Position numbers and translations under genes: made by a program. The notes under the pieces are model-generated. The model saw only the letters and a list, made by a program, of their open reading frames with translations. It was not told where the DNA came from and did not search any database. DNA of 64,000 bases from Tubulanus polymorphus (taxonomy: Eukaryota > Animalia > Nemertea): positions 22,748,950 to 22,812,949 of the forward strand of contig NC_134029.1 in the NCBI RefSeq assembly GCF_964204645.1, written 5' to 3'. Shown here in pieces: positions 44,287 through 57,615 of the stretch; position 1 is the first letter of the stretch, and each line of letters starts with the position of its first letter.

Positions 44287-46135
44287 TATAACGATTCTGA
44301 CGAAAAGCACGCGACAGGTTTTATCGTCGATTGACAGATGTCGATCTCTCTCTCTCGTTCTCGAGACTATAATATCACGCTCAACTTACGTCAGATGACT
44401 GACTACTGACTGATGAAAGCGCTACAAGTGCTTTATAACATAATTTCAGCAAATGAGATTGACAACTCGATAGTCTAGTATATAGCTAGCAACAGTTGGC
44501 ATTTGTTGTGACTGCATGGTTTTTTTTCTAAACGACACGAAAATAATGAAGTGTTCTGTGATGTGATATAGATCGCGCGTCTGATGTTGCGTTGAAAAGA
44601 ATAGTCAGTTCGATCAATCGAGGTCCCATCTACTGCCAAATTCTTCCGGGTATTTTTGAATCATCAAAATATCGAATGATGATTTATTTTGACTCACTTG
44701 TCGGTGAGCTATTTCCTGGAATGTTGCTGTAATCAAACGTGAATATTGATTCAAGCAGACGCCAGCTGAAATCGCAACAGGATCGAGAGAATGTGTGACA
44801 ACTATATTAGAGCTACATCGACATATACACGTGAACACGTGTAAGCTTTCATAAAACAGCAAAAATCCCATTTCTATTTCAAAGATATTTATATTTATCG
44901 AATGCGAGGATGTTGACTTTAATATATTAATTGTGACGTCACATTATTTGGCAGTCAGTCTAACCAATGGGAGGAAACGAATGGATCCGATTGGATAATT
45001 TCAATGAATATTGATATCATGATTTACAGGACATGTGCGTATCAGGAAATATCAAACTAATCTATCTTTAAAAAGTGTTACTCCTTGAGGTAGCAGAAAC
45101 AAGTCAAAAGTCATTCTTGTTCTACGTAATCAGAAAAATGTCGTTGGTCTTGTAGAAACCCGGTATATGACTCGAAGCTAACGAGTTAATGACATATGAC
45201 AAACAAAAATTGGCGATTAATTCAAAAGCGGATGATCACCTATTATCAATGAATGAAATGTTGGCCGAGTATCAAAATCAATCTACCTAGAAATCCCAAT
45301 AATAGGACACCCCTCCACGTGCGTACGTCGCAATTGAAATCGATGTGTTTATGTCCAATCCGTTATTTGATAGTGCTTTAATTGACAATTCAGCATCGGT
45401 TTACATAGTCCAATATAATGAATCCAAACAAATACCTGAGCAACGTGGTTTCATGTAATTAAGTTTTCCGCCACGGCAGCCGAGAGTCGTACCAGTTCCA
45501 AGAATATGCGATGTTGCCTCGTTTGACAAGTTGTGTAAGATCACAACATCGCAAATGTTTCCACAAGGGGTGAGAAAATGTTGTAAAGCCAGTGAAAGTT
45601 ACAACTCTACTTCCATACGCTATTCCTTTTTGATTTAGGTTGTCACTGAATACATATACAATGAACTTCAGTTCCAGAAGTGACGCAAACAAGTTCTTCC
45701 TCGTATTCGAATTATCAATGACTTGATCCTGGGAATTTTAAACTTCATATTTGGATTTCCCGGGTCTGAGATGAACTTCGATATAAAGCACTAATACAAT
45801 ACAATCTAAGTCATTCCACGAATTCAATTCACTGCTGTCATGAGACATAATCACTAATGTTCTTTTTGAATAAGATTAAAATGGAATGTAAATGTTTCGT
45901 TCGGAAAATGATATAGAGGGAAAACAAGATAGCAAAATGCTTGAGTTATCACCGGCCTGTTGATGGCTGTGAGCGAAAGACAAAGCTTTCTTCATATTTC
46001 TAATTTTCACATAGTGAATTGTTCCGATTTTTATTCATGGATTTGTGTCTTCAAATGATCAGTTATGAAAAGCAAGTTTAGATAAAATTATTCTATATTG
46101 AACGAACTCGTTGATAAATTTGAAAGCGTTATTTC

Positions 46136-49098
46136 TCATACTGGGTTAGAACTTCGATGTTCATATCTTCCATTTTCGCGAATATTTTGCGGTGCGTTTT
46201 CGCTGTTAGTGAACGGCACAAGGCGAGATCTGGTCGATCGCACCTTCGAACTGATATACGCGACGGCAACGACTATCACCTCCAACAGGTGTATCACACT
46301 TACAGCAGAAATGCCAGCAAGAAATACTAGAATCGCAGCCAAATCACCTTAAAAAAAGAAAAATCTAGATTTTGACGTTATCCTTCGCTGACAAAAACCT
46401 TGGATTTAAGTTAGAATAACGCAATTATTTAACTTTAAATAAGTCTTTGAAACCTTGGAAATATTTAGCTAAATTGCTTCGTTTTACAAGTTACCTACAG
46501 AATAGATCATATTCGTCATAGACCGGAAGCATAGTTATCTGTTCAATCATCAGATCTGGTAGAAATATTCTGAGACTCCGGTGTGACCTGAGAACAGAGA
46601 TAGAAAACATTTAAAAAATTCTATTCGACAAGGAAAAGTTCTGAAATAATGTTTAGCAATTCATATACAACTCAGGAAGTGTGTCCTTCAGTCGTTTTTG
46701 TCTACTATTGGACCATGGACGTATAAACTAGTTTAGGATAGATAGTTGACTTCCAAGTTATAACTGACATTACAATATCATAAAGAAATATTCCTTCTGG
46801 CGAATAGAAATAAATTGAAACGGCTTACTTTGGATCATGGTTTGGTTGTCTGGAAGTGCGAATCAAATATTCAATCCTTGTACACTCAAAAGGACAGTGA
46901 CAAAAAACACCATATTCAAGTGATTCTGAAGTAGATAAAACATAAACTAAGTACACCATAGATTGCTATGAGTGATAATATATCATTTATAAAATGTAAG
47001 AAAAGATGAGTGATCTGTAATCACCTAATATCCTTGATGCGCATTTCTGTTCAGATTGTGTGATGCACGGAGCAGAATTACCTACAAAATATAACAAGAT
47101 ACAACAAAATATAATGGCACATTTAACAAGAACAATGTCATATTTCAGTAGCACATCTAAACAGTTTAGATATGATAGTAACCTGGATGATGATGAAGTC
47201 TACACCCACATCCACGATGAACCATTTCTGTTTCACACTCGACGATACAACGACTGCGAGTGTATTTGCCGTAATGTCGTAAACCGTTCGAATATGGCCC
47301 CTTGGATGAGCTGGTACAATTACTAAATGGCATCGGTAATTCTTCAATCTGCGAAAGGCAATGAATGCAATAAGAACCATCGTTTTGACTTCTTTCGACG
47401 TGAAGTAAGCTTATATTCAACAATCGAACACTCGAATCAACTTTTTCTTATTTAGAAATGAGCTCTGCTTTCCACAAAGATAACTGATACCTGTCGAGAT
47501 TGAACTCGTATGGCTGTTTGCGATGAGGCAAGCAAATATTCGGAGAAATCTTCGTTTTTCGCAACATCGTCCTGAGCGTATATATACACCTGAAATGTAC
47601 ATGTAAAACCTGTCAAAACATTGGTTATTCGTGGTCCGTTGTGGCTTACTCTAGAATAGATTCTCCTACCGTTGCAGTCAATATTTCTGGTACAATTTCA
47701 ACATCCAAGCCTCGTGATGAACCAGCTACTGAAACTTCGCTCGAATCGTTGAAGGTAAAACATATTCGTTTGTTGTCAAACCCAGTCCAAAATAGACCAC
47801 TGCATTCTTTGACAACGTTCTTCCATCGACAGTGAGTCAAGTATGCGTCGACTGTTTTCGCAGTTCGATTGTTGGTTTTTGCTTGGTCGTCTGACGTAGA
47901 CGGCAAGCAGATTCTTACAGCTGGGAAGAGGATCGATTGTTGTTGGTTGAAAGAGATTCGAGCATGTGTTTCCCGACGCTGGAGTCGACTGACCAGTACG
48001 ATAGCGAGAAAGATCGCCAGAGCCAGGCACACCGTTAACAGGCCTATCCATAATGTCCTGAAAAAGAAATTGTTAAATTAGATTATATATGATATACCGG
48101 TAGATATTGGTGTTATCAGAAATTAGTCACCTTCGAATAGTTGTAGTTGAAGACTTGTATAACACACTTGCTCCGTGAATCGAAGTTATCGAAGAGCATC
48201 CTTCAAAATATTCACGAAACGAATCGGTCGGAATGTTCTTGACTTTAGGTCGCAGAAACCGCTTGAATTTCACGTAGTCGAACAGTTTCTCTTTGTCGGA
48301 ATCATCGTCGTCGTGGAATCGTCGGGGTCCGAGTTCAGGAGGCTCATCGTCGTCCGGACTTTCCAAATCTTCGAAATGATGATTCCTCCATGAAGTCGAT
48401 TTCGCGGTGTCATCAGCGGGCAAGAAATGAACGCTACGATGGACGGAATTGTGCGAGAAAGATGTATTAATGCACGGCGCTGCTCGTGGATTAGGATCAC
48501 GCTTTCTACTCGCCGTATTGATATTCTCTGATAGTTTCTCTTCGTTCACACGTTTCGGTTGTTTTCTGGGAGTTAGCGTGTATTTCGGTGATGCCATCGC
48601 TAACTCTGAGCTTTCATATGTTCCGTACGTCTGCGTCAAGTAGCTACGATATTTGCCAAGTAGTTTATCGGCGGTGTTCGACAAACTCGGAATTTTTTCG
48701 CTTGTCTTTTTCTTCGGTCGTTTTTCGGATTGCCTCGATGAACGCATACGAAATAATCGCTTGGTTCGAGGACGTTTCTGTCCTGCTCCATCGCTCTCGT
48801 CCTCCTCGTATTCGATTTGGGAGCGTTTCGATTTTCGACCCGTTTCGGTGACATTTCGTCTCTGTTTACGTCGCGATACTAAAGGAGAAACCGTTGCAAT
48901 CTGCCGTCGGTGGATGGACGGACTGTGTTCATTTGTAGAAAGCGCATCTTCGGGCTTGTAACCGTTATGACGTCTAGCATTTGTTCGACTTCTGAACGTT
49001 CCCACGTAAGCCATGCTGTTGTGGATGTCTGACGATGTGGACTGATTCAGCATTGATGCATTTAGGGTGCGTAACGACCCTGTATCCCTAATAACCAT
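46136..49098 (-). CDS. Divergent DEG/ENaC (ASIC/FaNaC-like) channel subunit with a long basic N-terminus
   Basis: Pre-TM1 TSIHG, TM1 (LWIGLLTVCLALAIF), FPAVRIC, C.W...C, CFTFN, Cys-rich thumb (YTRSRCIVECE...CGC) and TM2 DLAAILVFLAGISAVSVIHLLE with a G-x-S filter. Confidence 0.82.
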
Positions 49099-49175
49099 GA
49101 CTGTATGACTGTATCACCGGTCGGTTGACAGACTCTGCTGGTCTACCATTTGGAACAAAATAATCAGCCTAGCTT

Positions 49176-49495
49176 GCAGTAGCTGATGTACTACCAGGTT
49201 GCGGTAGCTGATGTATTGCCAGGTTGCGGTAGCTGATGTATTGCCAGGTTGTGGTAGCTGATGTATTACCAGGTTGCGGTTGCTGATGTATTGCCAGGTT
49301 GCGGTAGCTGATGTATTGCCAGGTTGTGGTAGCTGATGTATTACCAGGTTGCGGTTGCTGATGTATTGCCAGGTTGCGGTAGCTGATGTATTGCCAGGTT
49401 GTGGTAGCTTATGTATTACCAGGTTGCGGTAGCTGATGTATTACCAGGTTGTGGTAGCTGATGTATTACCACGTTGCAAGAGCTGATGTAATGCC
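49176..49495. repeat. 25-bp minisatellite, about 12.5 copies
   Basis: Unit G(C/T)GGT(A/T)GCTGATGTATT(G/A)CCAGGTT with a 25-nt period (49201, 49226, 49251...). Confidence 0.95.
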
Positions 49496-51604
49496 TGAAT
49501 GCAGTTAACTGTGTTGCACAAGGTACATTTCTTTGTTGTAAAAATCATCTGATAATTGACTTACCGGTAGACACCCGATCAGACTAATAATAGTCGCCCT
49601 TTATGCCCGAACTACTGCTCCCAATGATAGAGCTATGTCCGATGTTTTTCCCGCCTTGGTCTGTAACCTTATCGCACACACATGCTATAAACACTGTGGA
49701 TCGTATTAAGGTTTTCTATATTAACTTGTTGTAAATCAAATTATCACGGCACAGGCTCATTGTAAATTCATTAGTTTGCCCTCTTCGAATGTACCGAACG
49801 TACATTGGATTCGCATAAAATATTTACAAAGATGATATTTATATTTCCACTCAAAGAACTCAGGGTTGAATGTATTTTCCATTGCAGGCACCGATGACAG
49901 TTCAATGGCAATCTCGATCTCGCCAGCCGTTATTTTCAGTTCAGTAATCCTTCACCTCAAATAGTACACCAGACAATGTTTGAATCTCGCAGTTTATCAT
50001 AGCACTGATAAAAAACAAGTTGGCCTAATTCAGCTCGGTATTCCGACGATACTCGGCTCGAAAGCTGATTTGATTAATAATTCAAACTGGAGGAGACGGT
50101 AACTAATGGTGACCAGGGAATAACCACTCCTGGTGGTTATGCTTTCGGACGCTGAGTCGATATCCAAAATCCAAAGTAGCATCGTCGTTGCTAGGAATCA
50201 ACATTACAACTGAACGCAGTACGGAGACTGCATGGCTATCGTTGCAGCGCCGGCCGGCAGATTCACAATCAATGCTAATTAGTTATCATGTGCAGTACCC
50301 ACGAGCTGTGGTAGAAACAATCAACACCCGCTGTACAGTTCACACCCCGGCCTCAAATGGTACCTTTTGGTATGGATTTCTCCTTGGTCCAGACCGAGAG
50401 AGCGTGAGAAAGGAACAAAGAAGGTTCGAATTGAAATCTAATAACATCATATGGCTCTATCTCACACTTAAACATTTATTTGCGGTTGATTCCATAAAAC
50501 TCGAAGTCTATCGGTCGCCGTGTTCATTTTTTTCTCTACATGTATTTTGTATTTCTCAACCTGCCAGGTTATTGTGCTAGTAGATGAATGTTCCTAAAAC
50601 ACAAAGAGTCCAATAGACAATTTTGTGCATGAAAAACTTGATTTATTACATAACGATAACTAATTTCGGTTAATAAAGCGTTATGGCGATTTAATTCAAT
50701 AATTCCCTGACGGGTCCTCGGTTCGCGGCTCTCCGACACGGATATTCTCGGTTAGGATGAGAGTGCTGCCCCGATGTGGATGTTTTCGGAGCAACCCATT
50801 TTCGGTATTCCGTACCCCTTCGCTGTGTCTTACCACTTCGCTCGCTCTGATCAGATGCACTTGAATCTGGACTGAGAATGAATTGATGAACCGAAGGAAG
50901 GCCTCACACAGTGAAATTAGAGTTCAACGCGGTGTCGTGTGGGGCCAGAGAAAATCCAAAATGAAACGAAAAGTTTGCCATACCCGAACTACATATATAC
51001 ATAATGATGGTACACACAGTCACGGTGGTCGTGCCGGAAAATTCTCAAAATTAAATAAAATTCTGATTTTGTCTGTTCCCAATTCTATTCTATCTATTCC
51101 ACTGGCACCAGGTGGACTTGTCACTGTTGATAGTGAATGAATAAAACCAATGTCAATGACCAGCTCCTGTATCCCTGAAAAATAAAAAATGCTCTTTTTT
51201 TACTTCACTTCAGTTGGTCTGATGTTGGAATTCATTCACTATGGGAAGTCCCCGGCCATGCCCATGGTGCTGGCTGGGGTCCTGAAAGTGGCCATGCTCT
51301 GTAAGAACTTGCATGAACTACCAGTGGTCACAACAGCGATATTTCACTGGTGACTTAATTTTTCAGTGAACCTCCTATAGTCTTTTTTTTGTCTGGGATC
51401 GATTTTTTGATATATTTCTCTTAATTTTTTTAGACCAAATCGAGGTGTTAAAAAATCGATCCTTAACAAAAATAGACATTAGGTGTTAGAAAGTTACACC
51501 CCTTGACTTCGGAAAGCGGTAGCTTATGAAATGTTATGTTTTGAAATATTGCTAGAACATTGATGAAATAGGGTAGCATAAAATGCTCTCTTCTTCACTT
51601 TCAG

Positions 51605-54600
51605 CGAAAAGCGTTATCTATCAAAGTTATAGATGTGTTGTATCATTGAATGAATGTTTCAATGATGTGAGTTTTAAAGATGATGATGAGGGCTTCAACA
51701 AGTAGGTATAACTCGAGGATTCAGGTCAGCTTCAAGGTCTTGCATGAGACCAACAGATTTCCTAAGAAAATGTTCGGTTCTAATTGTGCCTGTCATTCTA
51801 GATTCGTCGAATATATGAAAACCACCCTGGTCGCGACAAATGAGCCAAAGAAAGTTCCTTCATTCGCAGACGCTTATAACGAATCAAAGCCGACAAAGAA
51901 ACTTAAAAGTCTCATATGTGGACTTATATATGTAAGGCTGTATTACAGAAATAAGAATTCGTGTAGGAAATTGTGCAGATCATGAAATATTTCATAGGAC
52001 TTTCCTTTTCATATCCTCATTTCAGGATTTATTATTAAAAAAGGATTCTGGTGATAATGTGCTGACGTTCGCTGAAAGCAAAAGTAGCTCATCGGTGATT
52101 TCGGCTAGCAGTCCTGCGGATTTTCTATTTACAAAACCATGGCGGATTCTCCATTCAAGGTATCAGTTGAATTGGAGAGTTGCATAGCGGTTTAACATAA
52201 CTTCTGTTAGAAAAAACTCTTCACTTTTGATATTAACAGGTTTGGGGATGAAGCGGTATACAATCTGATTTCAAAGTTTTCCATTTTTGTGAAAGATGGT
52301 GAAAACTACTTTCAAATTTCTGGTAAACCTATCATGCAAGTTGTCAAGAAACCCGGTAAATTCAAACAATCATTTATCATGTCCCTGTGTTGTTATCGAT
52401 ATGAAACCCGTGAATTATGAACGAATTTTATACAGTCAAAGAAAAGCGAACAACGAGGAAACGAAAGCCTGCATCAGACGTGATACAAGATTCATCTGTG
52501 AGACCGAAAAAACGACGTCGTAAAACTGTAGGAAATGATCATCCTGTGAGCGCTTGTTGTTCCGCTATTGGCTTCAGGTAAATTATTTTAACAGGGCAGC
52601 CACTGATCTGGAAAACCTGGAAACTCGCATTGTAACATCTTAAACCAAGAAATTCCTTGGATATACTCAGTGAATGTTGTGCTATGACGTCGAAAAATTA
52701 GGGAATTTGTAAATTGGTGGAAAGTGGCCACCCTGTCTAATTCTATTTAGTCAATACCCTGGTAGAAAGAGACTTGAATGGAATATGATGGTAAAAGTTT
52801 GTTTATTTTGCAGTCATTGCTTATTGATTCAACACAAAGGAATGTATTATTGTCGAGATGTCCGCGAAAAGTTTCACCCCAGACGTAAGAATGAACCAAA
52901 CAGAAGAAAGGATTTTTAAAGACGCATTAGTTTCGTTCGTACCTATTTTTGTTTGCAGACTTGATGTCGAAAACTGATGTTTCACCAGCTCATCTTTGGA
53001 ATGATATTTCGCATACATGCGTTACTGTTGGAGATCTGGGCCGAAAGAATAAGTCCATTCCTGCCGCGAGTGATAAGGCACTTCAGATCCTCGCAGATTT
53101 CATCAACAATCACAAAAATCAGTTGAGTAAAACCCTACCGACGTTTGAGTAGTCGCATAGAATATTTCGGCGTGTTCACGATAAATGAAAATTGTTTTTT
53201 TGAAAATAGGCATCGGAGATGGAAGTATATCATAAATAACTATTGCCCGATCTTAAGCAATGATTTATCTGTCGGACAACTTATAGAAGCTTCGTCTGTT
53301 CACGGAAAGGTATTGTACAAGCTGTAGGTTACGCGTACTGTCATATTTTGTATGTTATTAACTGATAAAATGATTTTTCAGGTTTTTCTGTTCGTTCGAA
53401 GGATTTTGAAACGTGTCGTTCCACCGGAATTGTGGGGTTCCGCGCAAAATCGAAATATTTTCTTCAAAAGTATCCTTATATTCGCTATTTTACTTTATTC
53501 TTTGACGTTAGTCACCTGTAAATCTGAGTAAGGATTAGGGTAGGTACCTCTAGTCTATCATGTTATAAAAAGTCTTAATGAAATCAGATTTGCAGCGTTT
53601 GATTACCATGAAACACTATCAGAAGTTTGTTCTCGGTGATCTGATGAATAATGTAAAGGTACAAAGATCTTTGACATTTCTTGCTCCTACCCGGTTTGGA
53701 ATCCTCTACCCAAATGCTCTACCCTTTGTCATGGAACCCTATTTGGACCTACCTGTTTACCGGATTACTTTAAAGCGCCTTTGAATATTGAATCGGTGAA
53801 ATTGGCGCTATATTGATATTATTTTGTCATCATATATATTGATATTTCAAATTGTTTTTCTCATGAAGGTGTCTCATATGAAATGGATTCTAAAAACGAC
53901 GTGTTTACCAACTCGAGAGTGTCTGGCGGCTAAGATGTATTTATGGATGCTGTATTACGTGTTCTCGGTGATCAAATCGTACTTTTACGTTACCGAAAGT
54001 GAGGTTAGATCATCGAAGAAGAAAGCGGTTTTCTATAGAAAACCTGTTTGGAAAATAATCAAGGCTCAAGCGACTAAAGGTATTAGAATATCAGGTTCAG
54101 TCCATGTGTACGTGATCAGATATTTTAAATGTCATTTAACTCTTAATTTTAGATCAGGTGGAGAATGGAGATCTGCAAAAAGTACCAAAGGTAAAATTTC
54201 ATCTGTATTTATTATGCATACAATCATCAGGGAATGGATCTAGGCGTTGGTGTCTGGAGTCCAGATCCCTGCATTCCTTCCCATCGAGGTTTCCGTTTCT
54301 GTCATAATGGAGATTTTTGATGATTGTCTTCAAAAATATCTAACTCCTACGCGGGAAGCCGCAGCAAAATCAAAACTAAACAACCCGCCTTCCAATTTTC
54401 TAAGATCTGCACTTGATCATCTCTTTCATCGAATGTGTTTGTAAATTTCAATATCCATTTCAGGAAATGGTGTCTAAGATACTCCGTGAACGGAAAGCGC
54501 TTGGTATTTGTACGATGCGATTTGTTCCGAAATCTGAAACGACTAGAATGCTTTTGAATCTTAGCAAGAAATTACCCGGCGAACGACTGACGATAAATCA

Positions 54601-56326
54601 CCAGATTAAACCTTTATTGCTCGTTCTGAAGAGTATTGTCGTAAGCGTATAATTCACTTGTGCCAAATCCTAACAGTTTTAAGTGTAGAAACTTCTCATT
54701 TATATCAATGTCATTTTTTCAATACATTTACAGAAAAAGAAGCCGTCCCTATTAGGTTATACTGCTGTTAATTTTAAAGAGAAATTTCGAGAATTCAAGG
54801 CGACAAAATGGAAAAGGTAAAAAGAAAATATCTTTAGTTACCGGTGTTTAGTTTTCGCTTCTGATTTGAAATTATCAGGATCGGCTCAGGACTTATCCTG
54901 GAAATCAGGGCAATTTTGTAAAAAAGCTTAAAAATCAGGGAAAAGTCAGGGAAATTTGAAGAGATTGCTTCTAGATCATGCGTAAAATCAAACAGTTTCC
55001 ATCGATGTCTTACGTATTTGACTGTGATAATTGATTGGATTCTTAGCAGATCAAGTCAGGGAAACATCGGGCATGTCAGGGAAATGCCCGAAAAGTCGCC
55101 AACCTGATTATATTTTGACTTGTTTATTTTTATTCTCAGCCACGAACCTCTCTATTTTGTGAAGTGTGACATCAAGAAATGTTTCAACAGTATCAGACTA
55201 CAAAAACTGCTCGGCATTCTCGAATCAATTCTGAATGAGGTAATATATTCATCCCGTGTAGAAGTGAATGTTGATGGAATCTATTCGTAAAAAAAAAAAT
55301 TCATCGATAATCAGTTTTCAGAAGAGATATTCTACACGAGGAAAATGTCTACGGTTAGAATAAAAAATCAACGACGTATGATCAGATATATACAAGCCGT
55401 ACAATCATTAACGGATCTCAGTACGTTCTCGAAATTCGTCCAGGAACAAAACGTGAAAAACTCCGTCGTCGTCGACTTGGTTTCTGGATCGCATCGTAAC
55501 GGGAAATCTTTCATGAATTTAGCGCGATTGCACCTACTTTTGAACATTATCAATGTAAGTATGATTTGGGCATGTCGGGTTATTTGTTACTCTAGTCTTG
55601 AGGAATTTGTAGGCTTTTAGAAAAGTTTGATCCTGTAAAATTCTTGAAATACCAAATACAAAATAAATGTATTACAAAGTCGACTAATGTTAGTTTGACT
55701 TACATAAGTACATAATTTGACTTACATAAGTACATACTTAGATACTTGTTAATTCAACTGTTAAATATTTCTTTTAAGGATGGTCAGGAATATTACGTAA
55801 TGCGCCGTGGAATCAGTCAGGGAGCCGTGACCTCGACGATGCTAGCGAATCTGTACTGCGGAGATATGGAAAATCGTTTTCTGCAACTCGAAGATGACGA
55901 ACTGCTCGCTCGATGGGTAGACGACTATATCTATATATCGCCGCATCGAGACAGAACTAAAATGTTCCTAGAAAAGCTGCAGAAAGGTAAATTACAATAC
56001 GGTGCATTCTCCGCTGGCTTCTCAAGTTCTCGTGTTTATTGAAAAAAGTATTTCTATGAATTTAGGGATTCCTGAGTATAATCTGTTCATCAATCATGGA
56101 AAAACACTGACAAATGTGCTTCAAAATGAGATACCTGATGTTGGTATGTCTGGTAGGTATGCAGTTGATGTTGATGTCAATCGAGGTTTTTTGCTTAGTT
56201 TAAACTGCTTGTGCTTGATCTAGTATATTACCTAGGAACTTTGATGTAATCATCTTTATTTCTTTTACAGAAAATGTAAAATGGTGCGGCGTCACAATTG
56301 ACTTGATTAAACGCAGATGTAGATGA
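51605..56326 (+). CDS. TERT: Telomerase reverse transcriptase, multi-exon; start exon lies upstream and was not fixed; frame stops 10 codons after the WCG of motif E
   Basis: GQ (WRILHSRFGDEAVYNLISKFSIF...NYFQISG), CP (YIINNYCP), QFP (VFLFVRRILKRVVPPELWGSAQN), T (SYFYVTES...FYRKPVW), motifs 1/2 (RFVPKSETTRML), A (LYFVKCDIKKCFNSI), B' (GISQGAVTS), C (LARWVDDYIYI), D (GIPEYNLFINHGKT) and E (VKWCG). Exons join in phase. Confidence 0.9.
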
Positions 56327-57008
56327 TTTTCCGGCGATAACAGATTAGTCTGTATTCTGGATGATTGCTTAAAAAGAATATGATGTAAATACTAGTCATG
56401 AGCACATGCTTGTAATGTTCAGGGATTCGCCTTTGTTGAATTACTATTTGAAATAAAGATGGATTTAATGTTGATTTGTATAGTTTGTACTGGTCCTATC
56501 AATCTTCGATTCATAGCATTCTGTGGCGACAGTTTTTGGTTCAGGGCTGATCGAATTAGTTTTAAGAGTGCAAAAAACAAGAACAAAATACACATTGTTA
56601 CATGTCAAATAACTTACGTTTTATTATTTTTAACTTTACATACACTATACATAAATGTCTATACACATTATTTACACTATTTACAACAAATTGTTGGGAT
56701 AGTTTTTCGTTATATTTGATTTAATCATCACACGCACACAAACACGCATTTTTAGATCCTTGCGATTTGAATATTTGAATCAATCGTCGTTTAATATATC
56801 AATTCATTGAACAGAACTTCAATGAAGAATTGTTTTAAGCAATATGCATAGGTGGTTAGCCATTCAACTGGTTATTACGTAACTGGACTAACTTTGAGGT
56901 CTGTAAATAAATCTTTTCCAATTCAAAAGCAACAAGTTATTATTCATTTATATCTCAAACATTTACAGCGGAACGTAAGCGAACAAATTTGATATTTCAT
57001 ACTAGATA

Positions 57009-57171
57009 CAGTGGAATCTCGATATAACGAACTCGGATACAACGATTCATCGGATATTACAAACCTCAAATTGTGTCCCGATTGAGAGACTTTAATCATT
57101 TTCATACTGGATATATCAAACTATTGGTTATTATGTGGTCCCCTGAAGTTCGTTGTAACGAGGTTCCACTG
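57009..57171. mobile_element. pogo/Tigger-type MITE
   Basis: TA|CAGTGGAATCTCGATATAACGAA ... TTCGTTGTAACGAGGTTCCACTG|TA. Confidence 0.7.
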
Positions 57172-57542
57172 TATAGGGAACTATCAGTTCTAAGAAAATT
57201 GATATTCTGGTCCTCAGAAGTTCATTGTTACGAAGTTCCGCCGTTTAATTTTCTCGCAGAAAGAAACACTGTTCTTTTTCAAACTCAAATGATGTTACGA
57301 ACTGAACCCAATTCAAAACACTCGATCGATCTTATTCCCTAATATGGTTTTAATAAATATATGCATATGAACTGCCCGATCTTACTAATCTAAAAATCTC
57401 GAACAAGAAAAAACACTACGAAGAAAATATAATTTTTGGGTGTTAATTAATGAATATATAGTAGTAACGAAGTAGTTTCTATGTACATGAGAGTGGTAGC
57501 GCGCAATACGGTGAAAATGTTTAAGTCCTGTCGTGAGACCGA

Positions 57543-57615
57543 GGCCCAGTTCCACAATTGTGAGCTAGAGTTAAAAAATCAGTTCAAATTTAACTCACAA
57601 CTGTGAAACTGGATC
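57543..57615. mobile_element. MITE related to the 30812 family, with 3-bp TSD CGA
   Basis: CGA|GGCCCAGTTCCACAATTGTGAG...CTCACAACTGTGAAACTGGATC|CGA. Confidence 0.55.

Noticed and set aside
50188-50580. 130-aa + strand ORF
   Set aside because: Non-ATG start, no recognisable motifs and no supporting splice structure.
50748-50760. Minus-strand CCTAACC near TERT as a possible telomerase RNA template
   Set aside because: It is only 7 nt and TTAGG-type, with no recognisable pseudoknot, CR4/5 or H/ACA domain. Such a match is expected by chance.
51243-51300. GGGAAGTCCCCGG resembling the RNase MRP CR-I motif
   Set aside because: I found no matching downstream CR-V/P4 partner (GGGGCT-like) at a suitable distance.
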